Source: a virus | Lineage: Duplodnaviria > Caudoviricetes | Strand: one strand, 5' to 3' | Length of the DNA stretch: 42,154 bases | Virus record (IMG/VR): IMGVR_UViG_3300010362_000043 | Location: 1 to 42,154 of that record | Position numbers and translations under genes: made by a program | The notes under the pieces: model-generated | Databases searched by the model: none | Told to the model about the DNA's origin: nothing | Seen by the model: the letters and a program-made list of their open reading frames with translations, nothing else | Shown: positions 8,901 through 19,104 of the stretch, in pieces | Layout: each line of letters begins with the position of its first letter | Numbering within the stretch: the first letter of the stretch is position 1

Positions 8901-9532
8901 CCGCGCCGTATATCTCCGAAGTCGGGCCGATGGTCACGGGCCGCGACGTGGAGTTGGCCGCAATCGCCACGCTCAAGAAGTGGTCGTCCACCTACTTGGC
9001 CGACGCCGAAGCGCAACTTGGCCGGCCACGCGGAAGTCTGCCGCGCATTCGCGCGTGGACGACCTCGCACGACTTCGAAAAGTGGCCGGAAGACCAACTT
9101 CCGTGCGTGTTGCTTATCTCGCCAGGCTTGGCCGAAGCGCCGAACATGGACGGCGGCGGCGCCTACCGCGCGAACTTCGGGCTTGGCATTGCCACCATCG
9201 TGTCGGCCGCCAGGATGGACGACACGGCCGCGCTCGCCAAGTTGTATTGCGCGGTCATGCGGACGTGTCTCATTCAGAAGCAATCGTTGGAAGGCTTCGC
9301 GTCCGGCGTGACATGGCTGGACGAAAACTACGACGACCTACCGTCGATTGACGACAGGTCGTTGGGCGCCGGCCAAGCGATCTTCGCCGTACAGGTAGAC
9401 AACGTGTCGCAACGCTGGAACGGGCCGGCTTACCCGTGGGCAGTCGTGCCCGAGCCGCCGACCGATCCGATACCGGACGACCCGACCGCTACGCGCGTCG
9501 TGGTCGAAGAAAACCCAATCCCCATAGCCTGA
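8897..9532 (+). CDS. tail completion/terminator protein
   Basis: Position immediately before the sheath gene; ATGA coupling. Confidence 0.6.
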   Translation: MTAPYISEVGPMVTGRDVELAAIATLKKWSSTYLADAEAQLGRPRGSLPRIRAWTTSHDFEKWPEDQLPCVLLISPGLAEAPNMDGGGAYRANFGLGIATIVSAARMDDTAALAKLYCAVMRTCLIQKQSLEGFASGVTWLDENYDDLPSIDDRSLGAGQAIFAVQVDNVSQRWNGPAYPWAVVPEPPTDPIPDDPTATRVVVEENPIPIA

Positions 9533-9545
9533 AAGGCGGCACGAT

Positions 9546-10664
9546 ATGACGCGGCCCGGAGTGGTCGTTACCTCGCGCGCGGAACCGCCGCCACGCTCCG
9601 CGCCGACCGACGTTGGAATGGCGTTCATGGTGGGCGCCACCGAAAAGGGCGACGACGTGCAAATGGTCACGTCGATGCTGCAATATCAAACGGTCTTTGG
9701 GGTCCGCCAGGGCTTCACGGACACCTACGACGCGGCGGAAACCTACTACCAAGAAGGTGGCGCCAAGCTCACGGTTGCGCGCACCAACGGCACCGATGCC
9801 ACGGACGTGGAAACGGCGTTGGCGCTTCTCACCCGTGACCTTGGCCCTGGCCAGGTCTTCGCGGTCGGGTCGGCCGGCTTCGCCGCACACGACGAATTGA
9901 TCGCCCATGCCGCCGCCAACAATCGCATAGCGATACTGGACAACGACCCGGCGTCGATGACGGCGAGCGCGCTGGAAGCCACGGCGGCGGGCCTACAGTC
10001 CAACATGAACGCGCGCTATGCGGCCCTGTTCGCGCCTTATGCCATCGTGCCGGGCGTGACGACGGCGGACCTTCGCACGGTTCCCTTCTCCGCGCTGGAA
10101 GCCGGCATCATCGCGCGCAACGACGCGCGCTTCTCGCCCAACGTGGCGGCGGCGGGCGTCAACGGTCGGTCGCGTTTCGCGGTGGACTTGACGGCACGTT
10201 TCACCGATCCGGAGCGCGAGTCGCTGAACGACGCCGGCGTCTGTATCGCGCGCACGGTCTACGGCGAAGTGCGCGCCTACGGCTATCGCACGCTCGCGGC
10301 GCTCGACACCGGATGGGGTCTTCTCTCCAACGCGCGACTCAACATGGAAATTGTGGCCCTGGCCGAAGAAATCGGCGAGCGCTACGTGTTCAGTCAAATC
10401 GACGGCCGGCGCGTGACCATTTCTCAGTTCGGCGCCGACCTGACCGGCATGCTCATTCCCTACTACGAAGCCGGATCGCTATTCGGTACGTCGTTTGACG
10501 ACGCATGCTACGTGGACGTTGGCCCGGCCGTGAACACGCTGGAAACCATCGCGGCCGGCGAACTCCGAGCGATCATCGGGCTACGTATGTCGCCGTTCGC
10601 CGAGCTTGTGACCATCGAAATCGTGAAGGTGGCAACGGAAACGCCACTTTCCGTGGCCGCGTAA
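9546..10664 (+). CDS. contractile tail sheath protein (compact)
   Basis: MTRPGVVV start, NRIAILD, PNVAAAG, YGYRTL, SPFAELVTIEI. Confidence 0.9.
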   Translation: MTRPGVVVTSRAEPPPRSAPTDVGMAFMVGATEKGDDVQMVTSMLQYQTVFGVRQGFTDTYDAAETYYQEGGAKLTVARTNGTDATDVETALALLTRDLGPGQVFAVGSAGFAAHDELIAHAAANNRIAILDNDPASMTASALEATAAGLQSNMNARYAALFAPYAIVPGVTTADLRTVPFSALEAGIIARNDARFSPNVAAAGVNGRSRFAVDLTARFTDPERESLNDAGVCIARTVYGEVRAYGYRTLAALDTGWGLLSNARLNMEIVALAEEIGERYVFSQIDGRRVTISQFGADLTGMLIPYYEAGSLFGTSFDDACYVDVGPAVNTLETIAAGELRAIIGLRMSPFAELVTIEIVKVATETPLSVAA

Positions 10665-10676
10665 AGGGGTGGCCGT

Positions 10677-11087
10677 ATGTCTCGCCAGGATCAATACGCG
10701 GTTTCGATGACCGTGGACGGAACGAAGTTCGGCGTCTTCGACAAGTTGTCGGGCGGCGAAATCGACTCGGAAGAAACGAAGTACAAGCCAGGCGGCATGG
10801 CGCCGCCCGTGTCGCTTGGTGGTTCCGTCGAAGTGGGGAACCTGACCATTTCGCGCCTGTACGTGTTGAACCGCGACCACGACACGATCCATTGGCTTAT
10901 CTCCCGCGTGGGGAAGGGCCAGGTGGTCGTGAGCCGTCAACCGCTGGACGTGGACGGCAACGCCTACGGCCGGCCGCTCGTCTACACGGGCACGCTCAAG
11001 ACGGTTACGCCACCCGAAGTGGACTCCGAATCGTCCGACGCGGCCCTAGTGGAGTGCGAAATCACGCCGGCCGGCACGGTCGGATGA
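10677..11087 (+). CDS. tail tube protein
   Basis: Follows sheath; FDKLSGGE, YKPGGM, DSESSDAA. Confidence 0.85.
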   Translation: MSRQDQYAVSMTVDGTKFGVFDKLSGGEIDSEETKYKPGGMAPPVSLGGSVEVGNLTISRLYVLNRDHDTIHWLISRVGKGQVVVSRQPLDVDGNAYGRPLVYTGTLKTVTPPEVDSESSDAALVECEITPAGTVG

Positions 11088-11584
11088 CCGACAACGGAAC
11101 CAACGGCGCCGGCGCGTCGCACTTGGACTTTCTCCGGGCGCGACACGCGGCGCTCACCAAGGACCGCACGCTGGACTTGGAAGTGCCCGGCTACGCGCAC
11201 CGCTTGGTGATCCGCTACGGCCGCGTGCCGTGGTCGGTCGTCGGCCGCGCGCAAGAGTTGTTCGCCAACCCTGGCCCGGACCACGAAGGAACGCTTCTCG
11301 CGCAAGTGGACTTCTTGGTGGCCGCGTGCCGAGAAGTGTTGGTGCGCGACGACGACGGCACGTTGAAGTCCATCGACCCGTCCGGCGAGCCGCGCCGCTT
11401 CGACCCGACGTTGGCCGAACTCTTGCGCTTCGATACCAAGACGGCACGCGAAGTAGTGCGCGAGTTGTTCCGCAACGACCCGGCCGTGGCCGTGCAAGCC
11501 GGCGAAGTCATGTCGTGGTCGGTCAACGCCGAAGAAGACGCGGCCGAAGAATTCATGGGGGAATCCGGGCCAGTCGTGAAGTGA
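11084..11584 (+). CDS. tail assembly chaperone
   Basis: Between tube and tape measure; ends just after a slippery G GGG GAA at 11557-11563. Confidence 0.75.
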   Translation: MTDNGTNGAGASHLDFLRARHAALTKDRTLDLEVPGYAHRLVIRYGRVPWSVVGRAQELFANPGPDHEGTLLAQVDFLVAACREVLVRDDDGTLKSIDPSGEPRRFDPTLAELLRFDTKTAREVVRELFRNDPAVAVQAGEVMSWSVNAEEDAAEEFMGESGPVVK

Positions 11585-11763
11585 CGACGGCCGCAATCCT
11601 CTGCCTTCTCGGGCTGGACGGATGGCGGCTCATCACGACTGGCGATCCGGTCGAAGCCATGGTTTTGCAAGCCGTTGGCGAACAAGCCGGACGGCAAATC
11701 CAGACCATTCACAAGTCGTTGGCCGTGGAAATCGCCAACGCCATCGCACGGTCGCAAAAGTAG
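11557..11763 (+). CDS. -1 frameshift extension of tail assembly chaperone (or separate GTG11581 gene)
   Basis: The -1 frame is open across the slippery site to TAG11763 (GIRASREVTTAAILCLLG...). Confidence 0.6.
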   Translation, partial: GGIRASREVTTAAILCLLGLDGWRLITTGDPVEAMVLQAVGEQAGRQIQTIHKSLAVEIANAIARSQK

Positions 11764-12162
11764 ATGGAACCTTGCATTCTCTGGACGGGTAGCCGCAACG
11801 CGGACGGCTACGGAACCATGTCGCGCAATCGGAAGGCGCATCGCGTCGCGTGGGAGCATGAGCGCGGGCCAATTCCGGCCGGCATGTCTGTTCTTCACCG
11901 TTGCGACACGCCGGCGTGCGTGAACGTCGCGCATCTATTCCTTGGCACGCAAGCGGACAACATGGCCGACATGATGGCCAAGGGTCGCGGAGCGCGGCAC
12001 GATGGCGTCCACAACGGGCAAGCGAAGCTGAGCGCCGAAGACGTGCGCGCGATTCGTGCCGACACTCGCGGCGCCTTTGCGCTAGCGCGTGCCTACGACG
12101 TGGCGCCCGTGACTATCTGGCGCGTGAAGACTGGCCGTGCCTACGCTCGCGTGGGGCGATGA
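11764..12162 (+). CDS. HNH homing endonuclease
   Basis: CILWTG..GYG..AHRVAWE..VLHRCDTPACVNVAHLFLGTQADN plus a C-terminal HTH. Confidence 0.92.
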   Translation: MEPCILWTGSRNADGYGTMSRNRKAHRVAWEHERGPIPAGMSVLHRCDTPACVNVAHLFLGTQADNMADMMAKGRGARHDGVHNGQAKLSAEDVRAIRADTRGAFALARAYDVAPVTIWRVKTGRAYARVGR

Positions 12163-12165
12163 CCT

Positions 12166-13698
12166 ATCGCGGATCTAGTTGAACTCATCCTTCGCCTTCG
12201 TGGCGCTCGCCAGTTCGTCGGCGACATGGGCAAGGCGACGAAGGCGACGGACGACCTTGGCAAAGCGACCGACGACACGGCCAAGAAGGCGAAGCCCGGA
12301 TGGAAGGAACTCGGCAAGTTCGCGGCCAATTCGGCGATGGTCTACGGCGCCGGAAAGTTCCTGAAAGGGTCGGCCGACGCCACCATGGACTTGGCCAAGG
12401 GAACCATGGCGTTGTCGCGATCCACGGGCATGGACTCCAAAACGTCGTCCGAGTGGGTTTCGGTACTCAAGACGCGCAACATCGACACGAACCAATTCAA
12501 CGTCGGCATGGTCAAGTTGTCCAAGACCATGGAAGCGGCGCGCGGAGGCAACGACAAAGCGGCGAAAAGCCTGGCCGCGCTCGGCGTCACGCAAGACCAA
12601 ATCACCAAGGGCGACGTGTCGGGCGTTCTCATGAAGTCGGCCGACGCCTTTGCGTCGATGGACAACCCGGCACAGAAGGCGGCGACGGCGCAAGCCCTGT
12701 TCGGCAAAGCCGGCCAAAAGCTCATGCCGATCCTCTCGGGCGGTTCGAAGGGGATTCAAGATCAACTGAACATGGCCAACAAATACGGCGCGGTCTTGGA
12801 CGACAAAGCCGTGGGCGGCACCAAGAACCTGATTCAACAACAACGCGAATTGCAGTTGGCCCAAACCGGCGTGAAGGTGCAACTAGGTTCGGCGCTTCTC
12901 CCGGTCATGGTCGCCTTCGCCGGCATCCTGCAAAAGGTCGTGGCGTTCGGAGCGCCGTTGTTGAAGAACTCCACGCTTCTGACCACGGCCATCGTGCTAC
13001 TGACGACGGCGTTCATCGCCTACAAGGTCGCCATGATCGCGTCCACCATCGCGACGCTTTCCTTCAACGCGGCGCTTCTTCTGATACCGCTCGCCATCGT
13101 GGCCGTGGTCGCCGGCTTGATCATCGCCTATCAGAAGGTCGGGTGGTTCCGTGACGCCGTGAATTGGCTACTGGACGCCGTGAAGAATGCGTTTGGGTGG
13201 ATCAAGTCGCATTGGCCGCTTCTCGCCGCCATCCTGGCCGGCCCGTTCGGCATCGCGGTACTGACCATCATCCGCAACTTCGACAAGATCAAAGCGGGCG
13301 CGCGCAAGGTCGTGGATTCCGTGCGAAGCATCTTCGGCGCCATTCCGCGCATCTTGAAGAACATTTTCAGCGCGGCGGGCGGGCTTGCCGCCGACTTCGG
13401 CAAAGGCATTCGGGATTGGTTGAACAACAACACGCCGTTCGGCGACAAGATCAAGGTCGGCCCGTTGCACTTCACGGTTCCCAAGCTCGCGCAAGGCGGC
13501 ACGGTCACGCGGAGTGGCGCCGCGTTGGTGGGCGAGCGCGGCCCGGAGATAGTGACGCTACCGCGCGCCGCGCAGGTGATTCCGAACGACGCCATCGGCG
13601 CCGGCGCGCAAACCATCGTCACGCAAGTGTTCCTTGACAAGCGCCAGATTGCCGAAGCCGTGGGCATCTACGCGTCCGACCGGATCGCCCGCCGATAA
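12166..13698 (+). CDS. tape measure protein
   Basis: Helical and hydrophobic, C-terminal LAQGG..ALVGERGPE. Start is either non-canonical ATC12166 or ATG12226. Confidence 0.85.
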   Translation: MADLVELILRLRGARQFVGDMGKATKATDDLGKATDDTAKKAKPGWKELGKFAANSAMVYGAGKFLKGSADATMDLAKGTMALSRSTGMDSKTSSEWVSVLKTRNIDTNQFNVGMVKLSKTMEAARGGNDKAAKSLAALGVTQDQITKGDVSGVLMKSADAFASMDNPAQKAATAQALFGKAGQKLMPILSGGSKGIQDQLNMANKYGAVLDDKAVGGTKNLIQQQRELQLAQTGVKVQLGSALLPVMVAFAGILQKVVAFGAPLLKNSTLLTTAIVLLTTAFIAYKVAMIASTIATLSFNAALLLIPLAIVAVVAGLIIAYQKVGWFRDAVNWLLDAVKNAFGWIKSHWPLLAAILAGPFGIAVLTIIRNFDKIKAGARKVVDSVRSIFGAIPRILKNIFSAAGGLAADFGKGIRDWLNNNTPFGDKIKVGPLHFTVPKLAQGGTVTRSGAALVGERGPEIVTLPRAAQVIPNDAIGAGAQTIVTQVFLDKRQIAEAVGIYASDRIARR

Positions 13699-14438
13699 TG
13701 CCCGAGCCGCCGCCCGTTGGCTTCGTCGCCATTTGGTCCGACGATCCGCCCGCCACCGTCATCGCCCGGCTCGGCCCGGATCGGCCCGACGTGTCGTCTG
13801 GCTATGGCGGGTGGGAAGAAGTCGCCCGACCGCGCCGCACCACGGTTACGACGTGGACGGGCATGCCGGCGCGGCGGATGACGCTTTCGATCCTTCTGGA
13901 CAACCACTACGTCGGCACGTCGATTGAAACCGACATTCGCCGGCTGGAACGGATGGCGCTTCCACGTTCAGGCGGCGAGCCGCCGACCGTGCGCGTCCTG
14001 GCCAGGGGAAGCCACGTTCCCTACAACGACCTTGTGTGGGTCATCGACGCGCTCGCGTGGGGCGACGCGCTCATGAACGACGCGGGCAACCGCACGCGCC
14101 AGGCGGCGACCCTGACCTTCTTGGAGTACGTGCCGGACGACCTGATCGAAGCCCGCACGCGCCAATCGTCATCGCAACGCCGGCGCGCGAAGAAGAAGAA
14201 GGCGTCCGGCGTCAACCGCAAGAAGAACGCGCGCGAGAAGCGCAAGCCGGCCGGCCGCAATCGCCGCTCGCGGTCCACGGGTTTGCGGGCCACGACGACG
14301 CCGTGGGCCGGCGACGACCTCATGAACATTGCGGCCCGCGAGTTGGGCGACGCGCGGCGGTGGCATGAACTCGCGGAACTGAACGGTATCCGCGATCCGC
14401 GCCACGTTGAAGTCGGCCAGGTTCTTCGCCTTCCCTAA
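13698..14438 (+). CDS. tail tube initiator / LysM-domain baseplate protein
   Basis: C-terminal GDDLMNIAARELGDARRWHELAELNGIRDP..VGQVLRLP. Confidence 0.8.
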   Translation: MPEPPPVGFVAIWSDDPPATVIARLGPDRPDVSSGYGGWEEVARPRRTTVTTWTGMPARRMTLSILLDNHYVGTSIETDIRRLERMALPRSGGEPPTVRVLARGSHVPYNDLVWVIDALAWGDALMNDAGNRTRQAATLTFLEYVPDDLIEARTRQSSSQRRRAKKKKASGVNRKKNAREKRKPAGRNRRSRSTGLRATTTPWAGDDLMNIAARELGDARRWHELAELNGIRDPRHVEVGQVLRLP

Positions 14439-16426
14439 TGCCACCCGAACTGGACATTCCCGACGCGTTTTCGGGCGCGATGCTCCCCACGTCGTTGCGT
14501 GGCGCGGCCCGGACGAATCCCGAGTTCTACCTAGACGTGGTGGTCAAGTCGGGCTTGGACGTGTCGATAGCCGACGCGATCACGGGCGGCGAAGTCGAAC
14601 GGACCATGGAAGGCGCGTCCACGCTCACGCTTACCCTGTTCGATCCTCACCGCGCGCTTCTCCGCAACCCGGACCTTGCGCGCGCCATCGACATGCAATG
14701 GGGTGGCTATTGGTGGCGGCTGGTCAAGGTGTCCAAGTCGGGCGACAACCTGACCTTGACCTTCGAAGACCGCGACGTGGCCTACCTTCGCAAGCACACG
14801 AAGCCACGCAAGGCTTCTCGGGATTCGGTCACGCGAGCCGAATTCATCCGGCAACTTGTGCGCGAAGTCGGGCAACGCAAGGTCGTTCCTGGCCGAAGCA
14901 AGAATCGTCCGGTCGCACAAAAGCCGATCAGGTTCGTTTGCCCGGAGCTTCACACGAAGCAACCCGTGGCCGACGCGGCGAACACGAAGGCGCCGGCCAA
15001 ACGCAAGAAAGCCGGCCGCGACGCGGACAAGCAACCCGGCTTGAATGAGAAGGCGAGTCTCACGGTCAAGGGTGCGCGGGCCACGGCGGAACAACGGCGC
15101 AACGGCGAACGCGTCTTGGACGTTGCCGACGAACTTGGCGCCGGTCCGAAGGCGACCTTGGCGCTTATGGAAGCCGTCATTATCGAATCGCAAATAAGGA
15201 ACCTGTCGCACGGCGACCGCGATTCCATCGGCATCTTGCAGATTCGTGTGGGCTTGCACGGTCGCGAAGTCGCGTCCGACATCGAAAAGGGTTGTCACGC
15301 CTTCCTGGCCAGGGGATTCACCGGACGCGGCGGCGCGATCAAGCTCGCGCGCGAGCATTCGGAGTGGACGGCGGCGGAAGTCGCGCAGGGCGTCCAAGGG
15401 TCGCAACCGGCCGTCTACGGAACGGTGGCCGACGAAGCGCGCAAGTGGCTTGACGCCTACGGCGGCGCGAGCGGATCGGATACGGGCGGCACCGCTTCGC
15501 GTGGGTCTTCTCGGAGCAAAAAGAAGTATGAGTTCCGGCGCGGCGAACCCGGCAAACCCGAGTCGTCGTGGGATGCCATTCAACGCCTGGCCGACGAAGT
15601 GGCGTGGCATGCCTTCATGGACCGTGGCCGCCTGTACTACGTGAGCGACGATTGGCTCATGCGTCAGAAGGCGCGTTACATCATTGACGAAGACGACGAC
15701 GGCGTTCAGGAAATCAACTTCGATATCGACTCGGGCAAGGTGTCGTCCGACGTGCAGGTTTCCGCTCGCGCCGAAGTCTTCGACGTGCCCGTGGGGTGCG
15801 TCATCGCCATTCGGGAATGCGGCATCGCCAACGGCCGCTATGTCGTTCGGAGCGTTCGCCAGTCCATCTACGACCTTGGGTGCGACATCACGCTACAGGC
15901 GCCGACGCCGGCGCTTCCCGAGCCACAAGCCGAAGACGTGGGTTCCACCGCTCGTGGCGCTCAAGCGGACGCCACCGCGAGCGTGTCGGGCGGATCGCTT
16001 CGCAACCGAATCGTGGCCGTGGCGAAGGCGAGCGCGGCGAGCTACAAGCGAAACCCGAACGCGTGGTTCTACTCGCAAAGCGGCGCGTGGAACACGGACG
16101 ACCCGACGCGGCCACCGCGACGCGGCAACCGCTCCGACTGTTCGCAATGGGTCGCCGCCGTCTATAAGAAAGCCGGCGCGCCGGCGCCAGGGCCGAACTA
16201 CAACGGCATCTACACGGGCAACATGCGCTTGCGCGGCCACGGCGTGCCCACGTCGCAAGCCAAGCCGGGCGACATCATCCTGTACGGGCCGCCGCCATCC
16301 CACCACGTCGAACTGTATGTGGGTCCGGGCCAAACCACCATCGGGCACGGCTCGCCGCCCGTCGATGAAGGCACCATCGGCATGATGGGCGACCCCCATT
16401 GTTGGCGCTACGACTTCTTGGACTAG
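14438..16426 (+). CDS. baseplate hub with inserted lysozyme-like domain and C-terminal NlpC/P60 peptidase
   Basis: IESQIRNL..GDRDSIGILQ; SDCSQWV...PGDIILY..HHVELYVG. Confidence 0.8.
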   Translation: MPPELDIPDAFSGAMLPTSLRGAARTNPEFYLDVVVKSGLDVSIADAITGGEVERTMEGASTLTLTLFDPHRALLRNPDLARAIDMQWGGYWWRLVKVSKSGDNLTLTFEDRDVAYLRKHTKPRKASRDSVTRAEFIRQLVREVGQRKVVPGRSKNRPVAQKPIRFVCPELHTKQPVADAANTKAPAKRKKAGRDADKQPGLNEKASLTVKGARATAEQRRNGERVLDVADELGAGPKATLALMEAVIIESQIRNLSHGDRDSIGILQIRVGLHGREVASDIEKGCHAFLARGFTGRGGAIKLAREHSEWTAAEVAQGVQGSQPAVYGTVADEARKWLDAYGGASGSDTGGTASRGSSRSKKKYEFRRGEPGKPESSWDAIQRLADEVAWHAFMDRGRLYYVSDDWLMRQKARYIIDEDDDGVQEINFDIDSGKVSSDVQVSARAEVFDVPVGCVIAIRECGIANGRYVVRSVRQSIYDLGCDITLQAPTPALPEPQAEDVGSTARGAQADATASVSGGSLRNRIVAVAKASAASYKRNPNAWFYSQSGAWNTDDPTRPPRRGNRSDCSQWVAAVYKKAGAPAPGPNYNGIYTGNMRLRGHGVPTSQAKPGDIILYGPPPSHHVELYVGPGQTTIGHGSPPVDEGTIGMMGDPHCWRYDFLD

Positions 16427-16429
16427 CCC

Positions 16430-18745
16430 GTGCCCGTGGACTTCTCCGACCTGCTCACGGATCGACGCTTCCGCGATGCGCCGCCCGCCGTCAAGGGCGA
16501 AGTGGCCACGCTGGACGACGGCGAACTGTACGTGCGGATTCCCTACTACGATCCGCAAGTTCGCTTCGGCCCGTGCGATTGGATCGGGCCGGCCGACGCC
16601 GAGCGCGGCGACCCGTGCCTAGTCGTCTTCGATGACGAACGCGAGCCGTGGACGTTCATTCCCGGCGTGACGGGCGGCGGCGGTGGCGGTGGCGAAGTCG
16701 TGTCCGGCACATGGACGTGGACGACTTCGACCGCGAGCGTGGCGAGCGGCCGTGTCGGTATCAACGCGACGACATGGGCCGGCGCTTCGGTCGTCAACAT
16801 CGCCAAGGAAAACGCGGCGCACAATGACGCCACCAACGTCTTGAAGCTCGTCAAGCCCGGCGATCACTTCTACCTTCAAGACGCCGACGACGCGACGAAA
16901 TGGGGTCGCTACGAAGTAGGCGAAGCCGGCACCGATCACGGAACCTACTTTTCCTTTCCGGTCACGCCGATAGACCACGGCACGGGCGGCTTGCCGAACA
17001 ACAACGCCGACACGTCCGTGGCTATCTCCACGCCGGCCACGCCCGGCCCGCCAGGGCCAGAGGGTCCGCAAGGTCCGCCAGGGCCAACCGGCCCTACGGG
17101 TGCCACGGGCGCGACGGGCGCGCCCGGACCAACCGGCGCCACGGGCCTACAGGGACCGAAAGGCGATCCTGGCAACGCCGGCGCGACCGGACCGCAAGGC
17201 ATTCCCGGTCCGCAAGGTCCGGCCGGCTCGGGCGTGACCATGAAGGGGTCCGTGCCCACGTCGGCCGACTTGCCGGCGAGCGGCAACAACCAAGGTGACG
17301 CCTTCATCGTCCAAGCCGACGATTCGCTTTGGCTATGGGACGGCACGCATTGGGTATCGGGCGGTTCGATCCAAGGGCCGCAAGGTCAACAGGGCATCCA
17401 AGGGCCGAAGGGCGACCCTGGCGCGACCGGGCCGACTGGCCCGCAAGGCAACGTTGGCCCGCCAGGGGCGACCGGACCCACGGGCGCGCAAGGTCCGCCA
17501 GGAGCGACCGGGCCGACCGGCGCGACCGGCGCCCAAGGGCCGCAAGGCGTCAAGGGCGACACGGGCGCCCAAGGGCCGCAAGGCGTCAAGGGCGACACGG
17601 GCGCCACTGGCCCGGCCGGACCCACGGGCGCGACCGGCGCCCAAGGGCCGAAGGGCGACACCGGGCCGATGGGCACGGTCTACGACTCCGACCAAATCGG
17701 CACGGTAAAGGCGTTTACTGGCAAAACGATTCCGACAAATTGGATGCTTGCGGACGGCCGCACGTTGAACCGCGTGGATTACCCGCAACTAGCCGACGTG
17801 TTGGGCGTCGCGGCGGGTGCCGTCACGTTCACGATTCCGGACCTACGAAACAAGTTCATCATGGGTCCGAAAGCCGACCTTTCGGACATGTACGGCGCGG
17901 GTGGCGAAGCGGCCCACCTACTTACCGCCGCCGAATCCGGCTTGCGCGATCACTTCCACGCGTTCAATGGTGGCGGATGGTTCCTTGGTTCGACCTTGGC
18001 AACTGGCCTTGCCGGCGACGGTGGCGCGCAACCAAGTTGGCTACCGAACACTTGGCAGACGACCACCGCCGCGTCCGGTGCGCTTGACGCTTCGCAGGCG
18101 CATAACAACCTACCGCCCTATGTGATCCTTGCCTTCATCGTCAAGGCGACCGGCGCGCAGATTGACTCTGCCGGCGCGTTGGTCGGGCCGCAAGGTCCGC
18201 CAGGACAAGCCGGCGCCGGCGCGACTGGCGGTACGGCGGGCCAGTATCTCGTCAAACAATCAAGCGCCAACGCCGACGCGACTTGGAAGCCTGGCGCGTT
18301 CGTAGACTTTCGTTCGACGGGTGGCCAACCTGGCAATAACGGCACGGTCGGGCCGAGCGGAACCTATACCGACTCCGGTACGCCGGCGCGACTTATCACC
18401 TACACGACGCCCGCTTATCCGGTGCGCGCTCGCGTGACGTGGAAATCGCGGTGGGACTTGGCGGACGCGTCATGGCAATGGGCGGGTGCCGGCGTCAATA
18501 TTTCGCCGGCGGCCGTAGCCGACTACGACGGCCACGCGGCGGCAAACAATCTCAACATGCGCGCCATTCGGAGCGGCAACGCGGCCGGTCCGCCGTACCA
18601 GAATTTCCAAGGAACCTTCTACGCTGACTTGGCGGCATCGACCGCATACACGTTTGCCCACTACTTTCAATCAGGTGGCGGCACCTGGCGGTGGGATAAT
18701 TCGATGACGTTGAATGTCATCACTGTCGAAGTCTTCTCGCGATGA
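16430..18745 (+). CDS. baseplate spike-like N-terminus fused to collagen repeats, tail-collar domain and C-terminal receptor-binding region
   Basis: N-terminal [17 protein letters not shown]; long G-X-Y repeats; [29 protein letters not shown]. Confidence 0.8.
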   Translation: MPVDFSDLLTDRRFRDAPPAVKGEVATLDDGELYVRIPYYDPQVRFGPCDWIGPADAERGDPCLVVFDDEREPWTFIPGVTGGGGGGGEVVSGTWTWTTSTASVASGRVGINATTWAGASVVNIAKENAAHNDATNVLKLVKPGDHFYLQDADDATKWGRYEVGEAGTDHGTYFSFPVTPIDHGTGGLPNNNADTSVAISTPATPGPPGPEGPQGPPGPTGPTGATGATGAPGPTGATGLQGPKGDPGNAGATGPQGIPGPQGPAGSGVTMKGSVPTSADLPASGNNQGDAFIVQADDSLWLWDGTHWVSGGSIQGPQGQQGIQGPKGDPGATGPTGPQGNVGPPGATGPTGAQGPPGATGPTGATGAQGPQGVKGDTGAQGPQGVKGDTGATGPAGPTGATGAQGPKGDTGPMGTVYDSDQIGTVKAFTGKTIPTNWMLADGRTLNRVDYPQLADVLGVAAGAVTFTIPDLRNKFIMGPKADLSDMYGAGGEAAHLLTAAESGLRDHFHAFNGGGWFLGSTLATGLAGDGGAQPSWLPNTWQTTTAASGALDASQAHNNLPPYVILAFIVKATGAQIDSAGALVGPQGPPGQAGAGATGGTAGQYLVKQSSANADATWKPGAFVDFRSTGGQPGNNGTVGPSGTYTDSGTPARLITYTTPAYPVRARVTWKSRWDLADASWQWAGAGVNISPAAVADYDGHAAANNLNMRAIRSGNAAGPPYQNFQGTFYADLAASTAYTFAHYFQSGGGTWRWDNSMTLNVITVEVFSR
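17528..17599 (+). repeat. exact 36-nt tandem duplication in collagen region
   Basis: GGCGCCCAAGGGCCGCAAGGCGTCAAGGGCGACACG x2. Confidence 0.85.
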
Positions 18746-19062
18746 CCGACATTCCCCACTTCGGGCTTCCGTTCCGGATCGAATACGGCCGCGCCGTCGT
18801 CAACGAACAGGACACGACCGACGACGTGTTGGCGTGCGTGTTGGCCATCCTTCTCTGCCCGACCGGGTATCGGGCCGAGTTGCCCGAGTTCGGCATAGAC
18901 GACCAAACGTTTCATGAGAACGGGCCGGACGAAGAATCCATCGCGCTTTCGATTGCGCGTTGGGAACCGCGCGCCGACACCTTGATTACCGGCGAGCGCG
19001 ACCGCGTGGACGAACTCGTCTACTACGTGGCGGTTCGGCTCGGCACGCGTTCCGCCGACTAG
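18742..19062 (+). CDS. baseplate wedge protein (gp25/W-like)
   Basis: [20 protein letters not shown]. Confidence 0.85.
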   Translation: MTDIPHFGLPFRIEYGRAVVNEQDTTDDVLACVLAILLCPTGYRAELPEFGIDDQTFHENGPDEESIALSIARWEPRADTLITGERDRVDELVYYVAVRLGTRSAD

Positions 19063-19104
19063 CCCACACCTAGAACTCTTCTCGCCCGTCACGGGCACTT
19101 CGCC

